A DNA stretch of 64,000 bases from Promethearchaeota archaeon (GTDB lineage: Archaea; Asgardarchaeota; Lokiarchaeia; Sigyniarchaeales; SOKP01), in the NCBI GenBank assembly GCA_048939995.1, contig JBHLOY010000012.1, positions 1 to 64,000 of the forward strand, given 5' to 3'. A model generated the notes under the pieces. It was not told where the DNA came from, made no database searches, and saw nothing but the letters and a program-made list of their open reading frames with translations. The translations under genes and the position numbers were made by a program. Shown piece after piece: positions 48,897 to 57,983 of the stretch (position 1 is its first letter; the number at the start of each line of letters is the position of its first letter).

Positions 48897-51800
48897 ATGG
48901 AAGGGTCTGTTTTAGTAATAGGCGGTGGTATTGCCGGAATCCAAACTTCATTAGATTTAACAGAATTGGGGTTTAAAGTATATCTAGTGGAGAGAAACCC
49001 ATCAATTGGAGGCCGCATGGCTCAACTTGATAAAACTTTTCCAACAAATGATTGTAGCTTATGTATTTTAGCTCCAAAAATGGTCGAAGTCTTTAGAAAT
49101 TCAAATATAGAACTCATGACATATCATGAAGTATTAAGCATATCTGGGGAAGCGGGAGATTTTACAGTAAATATTTTGAAAAAACCAAGATACATAGACG
49201 AAACTAAATGTAAGGGTTGTGGTGATTGTTCTCAGCGCTGTCCTAAAATAGAAGTACCAAATCTATTTGATATGAAATTAGGTAAAAGAAAATCCATTTA
49301 TATCCCCTTTCCACAAGCTGTTCCCCCTATTTATCTAATTGATCCTGAAATCTGTCTTAAATTAACTAAGGGCGTATGTGGTGTATGTGAGAAAGTATGT
49401 AAAGCTGAAGCAATCGATTATGAACAGAAGCCTAAAGAAATTCAAATCAAAGTGGGAGCGATTGTAGTTGCTACTGGTTTTGATATGCCCGCAGAGCGTT
49501 TAACTTCCAGATGGGGTTATCACTATAAAAATGTAGTCAGCGCTTTAGAATATGAAAGAATTCTGTGTGCTTCTGGTCCATTTGGTGGACATGTACTACG
49601 TCCAAGTGATGAAACTGAGCCCGAAAATATAGCTTTTATACAATGTGCAGGATCACGGGATCTACATGAAAATATTCCTTATTGTTCAAGTGTGTGTTGT
49701 ATGTATACAGCAAAGGAAGCTATTATCACAAAGGAACATTCTGAAAAGTCTAAGTGTTATGTTTTTAGACACGATATTAGAGCCTATGGTAAAAATTTCT
49801 ATGAATTCACCCAAAGAGCACAAGATGAATACGGTGTGCAATACTTTCAGACTAAAGTAAGTAAAGTCGAAGAGGACCCCGATAATAATGATTTAATCAT
49901 GCATTATGAAGATTTAAAAACAGGAGAATTTAAAAATTTTAGAAGTAACTTGGTAGTATTAGCAACACCATTAGTTCCATCACAAGGCACCGTGGAAATG
50001 GCAAAAATTTTAGGGGTTGAATTAGATAAGTATGATTTTTTTAAAGAAAGCTCTTATTTCAATAAATCACTATCGTCTAGGGAAGGTATATATTTAAGCG
50101 GTTTCTGCCAAGGACCAATGGATATTCCAGAAACCGTGGCAGATGCGAGTGGAGTAGCATCTCAAATCGCTTCATTGCTTAATTCTGTAAAGTTTAAAGG
50201 CATAAAAGAAAAACTTCGAGAAAAGTCTGAGTTAGAGGTTAAAATTTCTGATGAACCTCGAATTGGAGTGTTAATATGTCATTGTGGGATAAATATCGGT
50301 AAATATATTGATGTTTCCGAAGTTGTTGAATATGTAAAAACTTTGCCTTATGTAGCTCATTGTGAAGCTAATTTGTATTCTTGTTCAAGTGATTCTCAAG
50401 CAAGAATTAAAGAAATGATTGAAGAATATAATCTAAATAGATTTATTGTTGCTTCTTGTACGCCTCGAACTCATGAAGCTCTGTTCCAAGAAACTTGTCA
50501 AGAGGCAGGTTTGAATAAATATTTGTTCGAAATGGTAAATATTCGTGATCAATGTTCTTGGGTTCATATGAATGAATATGAATTTGCTACCGAAAAAGCT
50601 AAAGACTTAATTAGAATGGCTATTGCAAAAGCACGGTTATTAAAGCCTCTTAAAGAAGCGCGATTAGATATAACTCCAACAGCCTTAATAATTGGTGGTG
50701 GAGTTTCGGGTATGACTGCAGCTTTAAATATTTCAAATCAGGGATTTAAAGTATTTTTAGTGGAGAAAGAAAACCAATTAGGCGGAAATTTAAATCGATT
50801 AAATATTTTGTACCCCATTCATGAAGATGCTTCAAAATTTTTAAAAGATATAACGGGTCAAGTAAAAAGCAATAAAAATATTGAATTATATTTAAACTCT
50901 CAAATTAAGAGTATAAAAGGTTATATTGGTAATTATGATGTTTCAATCGTCGACTCAAAACAGAAAATTCATGATTTAAAAATTGGTACGATTATAGTAG
51001 CAACTGGGGCTCAAGAATTAAAACCAACGGGGGTATTTCAATATAATGAAAAAAATGAAAATGTTATTACTCAGCTTGAGTTGGAAAAAAAACTAAAAAG
51101 CAAAGATTTATCATGGTTAGATAAAATTGAAAGAGCAGCAATAATTTTATGCGTAAACGCAAGGCAAAAGGAGGGAATTACATATTGTTCTAACGTTTGC
51201 TGTGGAGTAAGTATTAAGAATCTAAGTCTGTTAAAAGAATTAAAGCCTGAAATTGAGATTGTTGTTCTTTACAGAGATTTTCAAATGGCTAAAAAAGAAT
51301 TTGAGGAGTATTATCGTGAGCGTAGGAAGAATGCTATTTTTCTTAGATACGATTTAGAAAACTTGCCAAAAATTGATAAATTAAATGATAAACCAGAAAA
51401 GTACAGAATTAGTTTATTTGATACAAATTTACAAGATGATATTAATTTTGATACAGATCTAATTATATTATCAACTCCTATGGTTCCTAATAACAATTTG
51501 ACAGAATTAGCAAAAATGCTAAAAGTACCTCTAGATAAAAATGGATTTTTTTTGGAAGCACATGTAAAGCTTCGACCTTTAGATTTTGCTACTGATGGAA
51601 TATTTTTAAGTGGCTGTGCTCAATGGCCGAAAAATGTTCAAGATTCTATCGCTCAAGCAAATGGTGCTGCTGGAAGGGCTAGTAGATTTTTAAGCGCAAA
51701 AACGATAACAACTTCTGGCTTAATAGCAGAAGTGAATACAAATAGATGCATTGGTTGTGGAAAATGCGAATCTGTTTGTCCATATAATGCGATTGAGATT

Positions 51801-51980
51801 AAAGAAGCATTAATGGAGTTCGAAGAGATCAGTATAAAAGTAGCAAAATCTTATATAAATTCAGCCTTATGTAAGGGATGTGGTACTTGTGCTGCTACTT
51901 GTCCTAATGGTGCTATTTCAGTTAAACATTATGACTTTGATCAAATTTATGCAATGATAGAATCATATTTATTAGAATAG
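48897..51980 (+). CDS. hdrA: large HdrA-like flavoprotein with two FAD modules (all-Cys)
   Basis: GGGIAG..QLDKTFPTNDCSLC, inserted ferredoxin, internal CHCG/SCTPRTHE/RDQCSW domain, second GGGVSG module, C-terminal ferredoxin. Confidence 0.92.
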   Translation: MEGSVLVIGGGIAGIQTSLDLTELGFKVYLVERNPSIGGRMAQLDKTFPTNDCSLCILAPKMVEVFRNSNIELMTYHEVLSISGEAGDFTVNILKKPRYIDETKCKGCGDCSQRCPKIEVPNLFDMKLGKRKSIYIPFPQAVPPIYLIDPEICLKLTKGVCGVCEKVCKAEAIDYEQKPKEIQIKVGAIVVATGFDMPAERLTSRWGYHYKNVVSALEYERILCASGPFGGHVLRPSDETEPENIAFIQCAGSRDLHENIPYCSSVCCMYTAKEAIITKEHSEKSKCYVFRHDIRAYGKNFYEFTQRAQDEYGVQYFQTKVSKVEEDPDNNDLIMHYEDLKTGEFKNFRSNLVVLATPLVPSQGTVEMAKILGVELDKYDFFKESSYFNKSLSSREGIYLSGFCQGPMDIPETVADASGVASQIASLLNSVKFKGIKEKLREKSELEVKISDEPRIGVLICHCGINIGKYIDVSEVVEYVKTLPYVAHCEANLYSCSSDSQARIKEMIEEYNLNRFIVASCTPRTHEALFQETCQEAGLNKYLFEMVNIRDQCSWVHMNEYEFATEKAKDLIRMAIAKARLLKPLKEARLDITPTALIIGGGVSGMTAALNISNQGFKVFLVEKENQLGGNLNRLNILYPIHEDASKFLKDITGQVKSNKNIELYLNSQIKSIKGYIGNYDVSIVDSKQKIHDLKIGTIIVATGAQELKPTGVFQYNEKNENVITQLELEKKLKSKDLSWLDKIERAAIILCVNARQKEGITYCSNVCCGVSIKNLSLLKELKPEIEIVVLYRDFQMAKKEFEEYYRERRKNAIFLRYDLENLPKIDKLNDKPEKYRISLFDTNLQDDINFDTDLIILSTPMVPNNNLTELAKMLKVPLDKNGFFLEAHVKLRPLDFATDGIFLSGCAQWPKNVQDSIAQANGAAGRASRFLSAKTITTSGLIAEVNTNRCIGCGKCESVCPYNAIEIKEALMEFEEISIKVAKSYINSALCKGCGTCAATCPNGAISVKHYDFDQIYAMIESYLLE

Positions 51981-51999
51981 AAACAAAATGTGAACTTAT

Positions 52000-52437
52000 A
52001 TGCCAAAAGCAAAAACTAAATCAAAAACCGTGCAATTTAATCCCGAAATTTTAGTGTTTTGTTGTAATTGGTGTAGTTATGCAGGGGCAGATTTAGCTGG
52101 GGTTTCAAGGTTCCAATACCCTCCTAATATGAGAATAGTTAGAGTTATGTGCTCGGGAAGAGTAGATCCTGCATTTGTTATAAAGGCTTTAAAGGAAGGG
52201 GCCGATGGTATATTAATAACTGGTTGCCATATTGGTGATTGTCATTATATTTCAGGGAATGAATATGCAAAAGAGCGATTCGAAAGATTACATAGTATTA
52301 TTATTAAGCAACTTGGTATTAATGAAAAAAGAGTAAGGTTAGAATGGGTTTCTGCTTCAGAAGGAAAGCGTTTTGCAGATTTGATTACAGAATTTACAAA
52401 TCAAATCAAAGAATTAGGACCACTTAAAATACTTTAA
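52000..52437 (+). CDS. mvhD: MvhD [2Fe-2S] protein (Cys form)
   Basis: 'FCCNWCSYAGADLAG', 'VMCSGRVD', 'GCHIGDCHY', 'EWVSASEG'. Confidence 0.95.
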   Translation: MPKAKTKSKTVQFNPEILVFCCNWCSYAGADLAGVSRFQYPPNMRIVRVMCSGRVDPAFVIKALKEGADGILITGCHIGDCHYISGNEYAKERFERLHSIIIKQLGINEKRVRLEWVSASEGKRFADLITEFTNQIKELGPLKIL

Positions 52438-52698
52438 TTCTAAATTTAAGATTTTCAAACATTTTTGTTTTTTGTAACATTATTAAAAATAAAGATATGA
52501 ATCTGAATTAAATAAAATATTTTTGGACGAGTTGTTATATTAAAAAGTAAACAGAAAAAAGCAATATCGGTAACCTACTGCACGAATTTTCAAAATTCTG
52601 ATGGAAATAAGCATTTCATGGAAATCCTAATTGAAAATTTAATTAACGCAAAATTAATTTATATTTAATATATTAAAATTTAATCAGTGTAATTTGTT

Positions 52699-53256
52699 AT
52701 GACAAAGAACTCTAACTTTTCAGAAGAGGATGATTGGTTTCAATTGGCTCTATTTTATAATAAAAAAGAAGACTATAATGAAGTCATTGAGAATTGTAAA
52801 AAAATATTAGCCATTAATCCAAATTATATAAAAGCATGGTTCTTGTTATCTATAGCTTATAAGCAAACTGGAAAAATAGAAGATTCTGTGAATGCTTTTA
52901 AAAGAACCTTTGAAGTAGAATCACTCGAAAAAACAGATTGGTATGAAGTTGCAGTAGAATATTATGAACAGAACGATATAAATAACCTTGTTGAATCTAT
53001 TAAGAATTTATTATTTTTTAATAAAGATAAAAAAGAAGAATGGCTCCAGCTTGCATCGAATTTTGAAAATTTTAATCTTTTCATTAATGCATATCACGCT
53101 TATAAGAAAGCATTAGCACTAGATCCTCTTGATATGCAAGTTTTAAATAAAATTGGTCATCTTTATAATGAAATTCAAGAAATCTCGGAAAAAGATATAA
53201 AAAAAAGAGAAAAAATATTATTTAAAAATTATAAGGTTAAGCCTAAAAATTATTAA
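52699..53256 (+). CDS. TPR-repeat protein
   Basis: 'INPNYIKAWFLL', 'YKKALALDP' TPR patterns. Confidence 0.82.
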   Translation: MTKNSNFSEEDDWFQLALFYNKKEDYNEVIENCKKILAINPNYIKAWFLLSIAYKQTGKIEDSVNAFKRTFEVESLEKTDWYEVAVEYYEQNDINNLVESIKNLLFFNKDKKEEWLQLASNFENFNLFINAYHAYKKALALDPLDMQVLNKIGHLYNEIQEISEKDIKKREKILFKNYKVKPKNY

Positions 53257-53578
53257 TAAAAAAAAAACCAAGTAAAGGCGAACTTAAGCTAGAAATTATC
53301 TTAAAAATAGTTCAATAAATTGACATTTTCATTAATTTAATTGAACTTAATTTAGTTTTTCAGTAAATAATAAAAAATTTTTTTTTGACTTGGTACAAAT
53401 TTAAAGAAAAGGATCGCGATTTCTGATCATAATTTCGATATCTGATAGATAACTAATCATTTAATTTATCATATTGAAAATATTTCATTAAATCATGATC
53501 GATTTGGATCAAAAGATTTAAAAGTGTAAATATCTCATTTTGATAGTAAAATTCTATTTTGAAATTGGGGATAAAAAA

Positions 53579-56323
53579 ATGGAAGGTTCTGTTTTAGTTA
53601 TTGGTGGAGGTATCGCTGGAATTCAGACATCGTTAGATTTAACGGAATTAGGGTTTAAAGTCTTTTTGGTTGAGAAAGAACCATCAATTGGAGGTCATAT
53701 GGCCCAATTTGACAGACTTTTTCCAAACGATGATTGTAGCCTCTGTATCTTGGCTCCAAAAATGGTGAGTGTATATAGAAATCCCAATATTGAGCTTTTT
53801 ACCCTATCGGAAATAACAGAAGTTGAAGGAGAAGTAGGAAATTTCAAAGTTACGATAAAACAGCGTCCAAGATATATTGATGAAAATAAGTGTAAAGGTT
53901 GTGGCGATTGTGCTAAGCGTTGTCCAAAGATAGAAGTACCTAATTTATTTGATATGAACTTAGGGAAGAGAAAATCAATATATATGCCTTTTCCTCAAGC
54001 AACACCTCCTGTATATATTATAGATCATGAAATATGTTTATATTTAAACAGAGAAGTATGTGGAGTGTGTAAAAAAGTATGTAAAGGTGATGCAATTGAT
54101 TTTGAACAAGAAGAGCGAGAAATTACAATAATAGTTGGAGCAATTGTTATAGCTACTGGATTCGATATGATTGGTGAAGATTTGCACCCAAAATGGGGTT
54201 ATCAATATAAAAACGTAATTAATGCTTTAGAATATGAAAGGATATTATCACCCACAGGTCCATTTGGTAATCAAATTCTTAGACCTAGCGATGAAACAGA
54301 ACCCGAAGTAATAGCGTTCATTCAATGTGCAGGTTCTGGTTACTTAAGAGAGAATATACCCTATTGTTCACGTGTTTGCTGTATGTATATTGCTAAAAAT
54401 GCTATATTAAGTAAAACATATGTTGAAAATGCTCAAATAACCATATTCAGACATAATATTCGAGTATTTGGGAGGAATTTTTATGAGTATACCAAATCTG
54501 CTCAAGATGAATATGGTATTAACTACATAAATTCAGGAGTCAACTTTATTGAAGAGAATCCCGAAACTAATGATCTAATTATAAATTATGATAATTTAAA
54601 AACAGGAAAAAAAAATCTATCTTTTCACGCTAATCTAGTTGTGCTAGCAGCTCCTTTAGTCCCTTCAAATGGAACGTCTCATTTAGCAAAACTATTAGGG
54701 ATTGAGCTTGACAATTATGGCTTTTTTAAGGAATCTTCTTATTTCAATAAATCTCTTTCTTTAAGAGAGGGAATTTATCTTTGTGGATTTTGTAAAGAAC
54801 CGATGAATATCACGGAAACAGTTGCTCACGCTAGTGGAGTAGCTTCACAGGTTGCAACATTATTAAATTCAGTTAGATCTACTTTAATAAGAGAAAAAGA
54901 AGTAGACATCCGCCCTGAAGAAGAAATCATAGAAATTATCCCAAGAGCATTAATAATTGGGGGAGGTGTTTCAGGCATGACTGCAGCATTAAATATAAGT
55001 AGTCAAGGATTTGGTGCAATTGTTATTGAAAAAGAAAGTATGCTAGGAGGGAATCTAAATCAACTAAACCAAATTTATCCAATAAAGCAAGATCCATCAT
55101 CTCTTATGCAAAAACTAAAAGAAAGCGTGCACACTGCAAGGAATATTGAAGTGCTTTTAAATTCTAAAGTTGAAAAAGTGAGTGGATCTATAGGTAAGTA
55201 TGAAATCACAATTAGAAAGGCTAGTTCTGAAGTGATAATGAAGATTGTTGGGGTTATAATTATAGCTACTGGTAGTCAAGAATTCAAACCTTACGGATTC
55301 TTCCAATACGGAGCTTATAAAAATATTCTTACTCAGATGGATTTAGAGAAGAAATTAAAGACTAAAGATTTATCATGGTTGAAGAATATAAACCACTTTA
55401 CAACAATTATGTGTGTAAATGCAAGACAGAAAGGAGGATTCCCATATTGTTCGAATATATGTTGTAGTAATACAATTAAAAATATCAATATTCTGAAGGA
55501 ATTAAAGCCAAAACTTGAAGCTGTTGTCCTTTTTAGGGAATTACATATGGCCAAAAAGGAATTTGAGGACTATGTAAGTAAAAGGAAGAAGTTAGCTAAC
55601 TATTTAAAATACGATTTAGAAAATTTACCTGAAATAATTAATGTTAAAGAACAACCTGAAAGGTTTGAAATTAAGTTAAGATATAATCAGAATACAGAAA
55701 AAATGATCAGCTTTAAAACTGATTTAGTAATATTATCAACCCCTATGATTCCTCCCAAAGGAATAGAGAATCTAGCTGATATATTAAACGTACCCATAGA
55801 TAAAAACGGCTTCTTTATAGAAGCTCATAAAAAGTTAAGGCCTTTAGACTTTTCATCTCAAGGAATTTTTGTTTGTGGATGTGCTCAATGGCCAAAAACG
55901 GTTCAAGATTCAATTTCGGAAGCTAATGGGGCTGCGGGGCGGGCAAGTAGATTTTTAAATATTAGAAAAATATCCACGACCAAATTAGAATTACTCTCAT
56001 TTTTACTTTCAATTGAATGCTATTTTAAGGATATTAAAGTGAATTCAGAAAAATGTAATGGATGCGGAAGGTGTGTAGAAGTATGCGAATTTAGAGCGAT
56101 TTCCCTTAATCAGTTAAAGCAAGAATATGAGGATATTAGTATTGCTACAAAGAAAGCCGTAATCAATCCAGCAATTTGCAAGGGATGTGGAAAATGCTCA
56201 GCAACATGCAGATTAAAAGCAATATATCCGCGACATTATGATTTCAAACAAATTTCGGCTATAATTGACCCCTATTTTATAGAAAAAGCTAAAACTGAAG
56301 AGTTGTCCTTAATTAATATTTGA
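53579..56323 (+). CDS. hdrA: third HdrA-like flavoprotein (two FAD modules, internal Fe-S domain missing)
   Basis: N-terminus near-identical to the 48897 protein (MEGSVLVIGGGIAGIQTSLDLTELGFKV); no CHCG/CTPRTHE segment. Confidence 0.9.
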   Translation: MEGSVLVIGGGIAGIQTSLDLTELGFKVFLVEKEPSIGGHMAQFDRLFPNDDCSLCILAPKMVSVYRNPNIELFTLSEITEVEGEVGNFKVTIKQRPRYIDENKCKGCGDCAKRCPKIEVPNLFDMNLGKRKSIYMPFPQATPPVYIIDHEICLYLNREVCGVCKKVCKGDAIDFEQEEREITIIVGAIVIATGFDMIGEDLHPKWGYQYKNVINALEYERILSPTGPFGNQILRPSDETEPEVIAFIQCAGSGYLRENIPYCSRVCCMYIAKNAILSKTYVENAQITIFRHNIRVFGRNFYEYTKSAQDEYGINYINSGVNFIEENPETNDLIINYDNLKTGKKNLSFHANLVVLAAPLVPSNGTSHLAKLLGIELDNYGFFKESSYFNKSLSLREGIYLCGFCKEPMNITETVAHASGVASQVATLLNSVRSTLIREKEVDIRPEEEIIEIIPRALIIGGGVSGMTAALNISSQGFGAIVIEKESMLGGNLNQLNQIYPIKQDPSSLMQKLKESVHTARNIEVLLNSKVEKVSGSIGKYEITIRKASSEVIMKIVGVIIIATGSQEFKPYGFFQYGAYKNILTQMDLEKKLKTKDLSWLKNINHFTTIMCVNARQKGGFPYCSNICCSNTIKNINILKELKPKLEAVVLFRELHMAKKEFEDYVSKRKKLANYLKYDLENLPEIINVKEQPERFEIKLRYNQNTEKMISFKTDLVILSTPMIPPKGIENLADILNVPIDKNGFFIEAHKKLRPLDFSSQGIFVCGCAQWPKTVQDSISEANGAAGRASRFLNIRKISTTKLELLSFLLSIECYFKDIKVNSEKCNGCGRCVEVCEFRAISLNQLKQEYEDISIATKKAVINPAICKGCGKCSATCRLKAIYPRHYDFKQISAIIDPYFIEKAKTEELSLINI

Positions 56324-56334
56324 CTCTTAATTCT

Positions 56335-57528
56335 TTATTTTTTCGAAAAAAAATATAACAATATTATGATAAAAACTAAGAAAAAAGAAACAATTAAAAC
56401 AACAAAATAGACCATTTGAATTCCACCGAAATGGTAAAATACATCATAAATTATTGGAACAAGAGCAATCCCTATAAACTGCCCCGCTGTGACCAATCCT
56501 GCTAAAGCTCCCCTTCTTTCCTTAGAAAGGGTCTGACTATAGTACATCATTGTAGGTATTAAAATACCCCCTGCTGCTCCAGTAAAAATTAAGGCTAGTG
56601 TTGAATAAAAAAGAAGGCTTAAATTTGTTATATCTCCCAAAATTAAGAATATTAAGATACTTATATAGAGTGAAATCAAACCTGAGATAATAGCAATTTT
56701 CACACCCTTAATTTTAATGGCATTCCCAATTATTAACCCTGCAATAGCACCAGTTATTCCTGATGAACCAATCACTAACCCAACAATAGCTTCTGGTAAT
56801 ATACCCGTAAAAGCTCTTGAAGTCCAAGTAATTATTGCTAAATAAGTTTGAGTAATCAAAAATGAAGTAAAAACCAACAATATAACAACAGGACGGCGAA
56901 TCTCTTGTGAGAAATGTTTTAGAAACATACGAATCCCTGCATTCTGAGTTGATACTTGAGAGGGTTGTTTTAAAATTAACAAAATAATAAAGCCGATAAA
57001 TGTAATTACAATAAAAATCAAATATAAATATCTCCATCCGAAGAAAGCTATTTGGCCTGCTATTATTGGGCCAAATCCCACACCTAAATTTGCGACAGCG
57101 CCTAAGTACCCCATTTTTTTTGGAATATTTGGAATATTGGTAATATCTGTCATTAAAGCAATTAAGACAGGATTCACAAAACCAAAACCAACCCCTCCCA
57201 AAACGTTTGCAATAATATACATTGGTAAAGATATTGACAAAATTGCAATAACCATGCCTAATCCAAAAATAGACAAACCAATTAATATCACTTTGAACCG
57301 TCCTTTAATATCTGAAATTGCTCCAGAGAATAATTGGATAATAGCGAATGGAAACATAAATGAAGGAATTGAAATCAGAATTGCACTTGTAGCTACGCTA
57401 AACTCTAGTGAAAGTACTCCAAAAAGAACCAATATCACATTTCCAGTTAATGGTCCTAAAGCAAAAAGAAGATAAATTACAATCTCAACAAATACATATT
57501 TTTTGGTACTTTGTTCAATATCTTGCAT
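56335..57528 (-). CDS. MFS transporter
   Basis: About 12 TM, 'GAISDIKGR' motif A, 'GFGPIIAG'. Confidence 0.9.
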   Translation of the reverse strand: MQDIEQSTKKYVFVEIVIYLLFALGPLTGNVILVLFGVLSLEFSVATSAILISIPSFMFPFAIIQLFSGAISDIKGRFKVILIGLSIFGLGMVIAILSISLPMYIIANVLGGVGFGFVNPVLIALMTDITNIPNIPKKMGYLGAVANLGVGFGPIIAGQIAFFGWRYLYLIFIVITFIGFIILLILKQPSQVSTQNAGIRMFLKHFSQEIRRPVVILLVFTSFLITQTYLAIITWTSRAFTGILPEAIVGLVIGSSGITGAIAGLIIGNAIKIKGVKIAIISGLISLYISILIFLILGDITNLSLLFYSTLALIFTGAAGGILIPTMMYYSQTLSKERRGALAGLVTAGQFIGIALVPIIYDVFYHFGGIQMVYFVVLIVSFFLVFIIILLYFFSKK

Positions 57529-57780
57529 AGTACTTCATCATTTTCAAACTAGTTAATCTGAATTAAACTTAACAATAATTAAAGTTTTAGTTTATAGAAT
57601 TATTCGTGAAAGGATGGATATACGAAATTGTGGATCAATAGAGTTCGATTGTCAATAAGTTTAAAAAGGCACATATCGGTCAATTTATTGATTATATTTG
57701 AAGTTAAAACTCAAAGATATGGATGAATTTCTATTTTAAAAGTTGCTTTTTCTAGATCTATGAGTTGATTAGGTTCAAAA

Positions 57781-57924
57781 TGCGAAAATATTAAATATTG
57801 GATTGTGATTAATCTAATTTGTTCATATTTGATCGTCGATCCAATGTTGGTCTAAATTAAGCATTTAATTTCATTAATATCCCCCAAAGATATGCACATA
57901 ATCAATTTTTGATCATAGATCAAA
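57781..57924 (+). promoter_or_regulatory. BRE/TATA promoter plus two palindromic GATC-N3-GATC sites (57828-57844, 57908-57924)
   Basis: tttgatc-gtc-gatccaa and perfect TTTGATC-ATA-GATCAAA; same layout as 8191-8317. Confidence 0.65.
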
Positions 57925-57983
57925 TAATGAATAATCAATTTCACAAAAAAATATATCAAAATTAAAAATTTGGAGAAATAAAA

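Noticed and set aside
47622-52437. Evidence for methanogenesis
   Set aside because: No mcr/mtr genes in the window; Hdr/Mvh/Frh-like modules are widespread in non-methanogens
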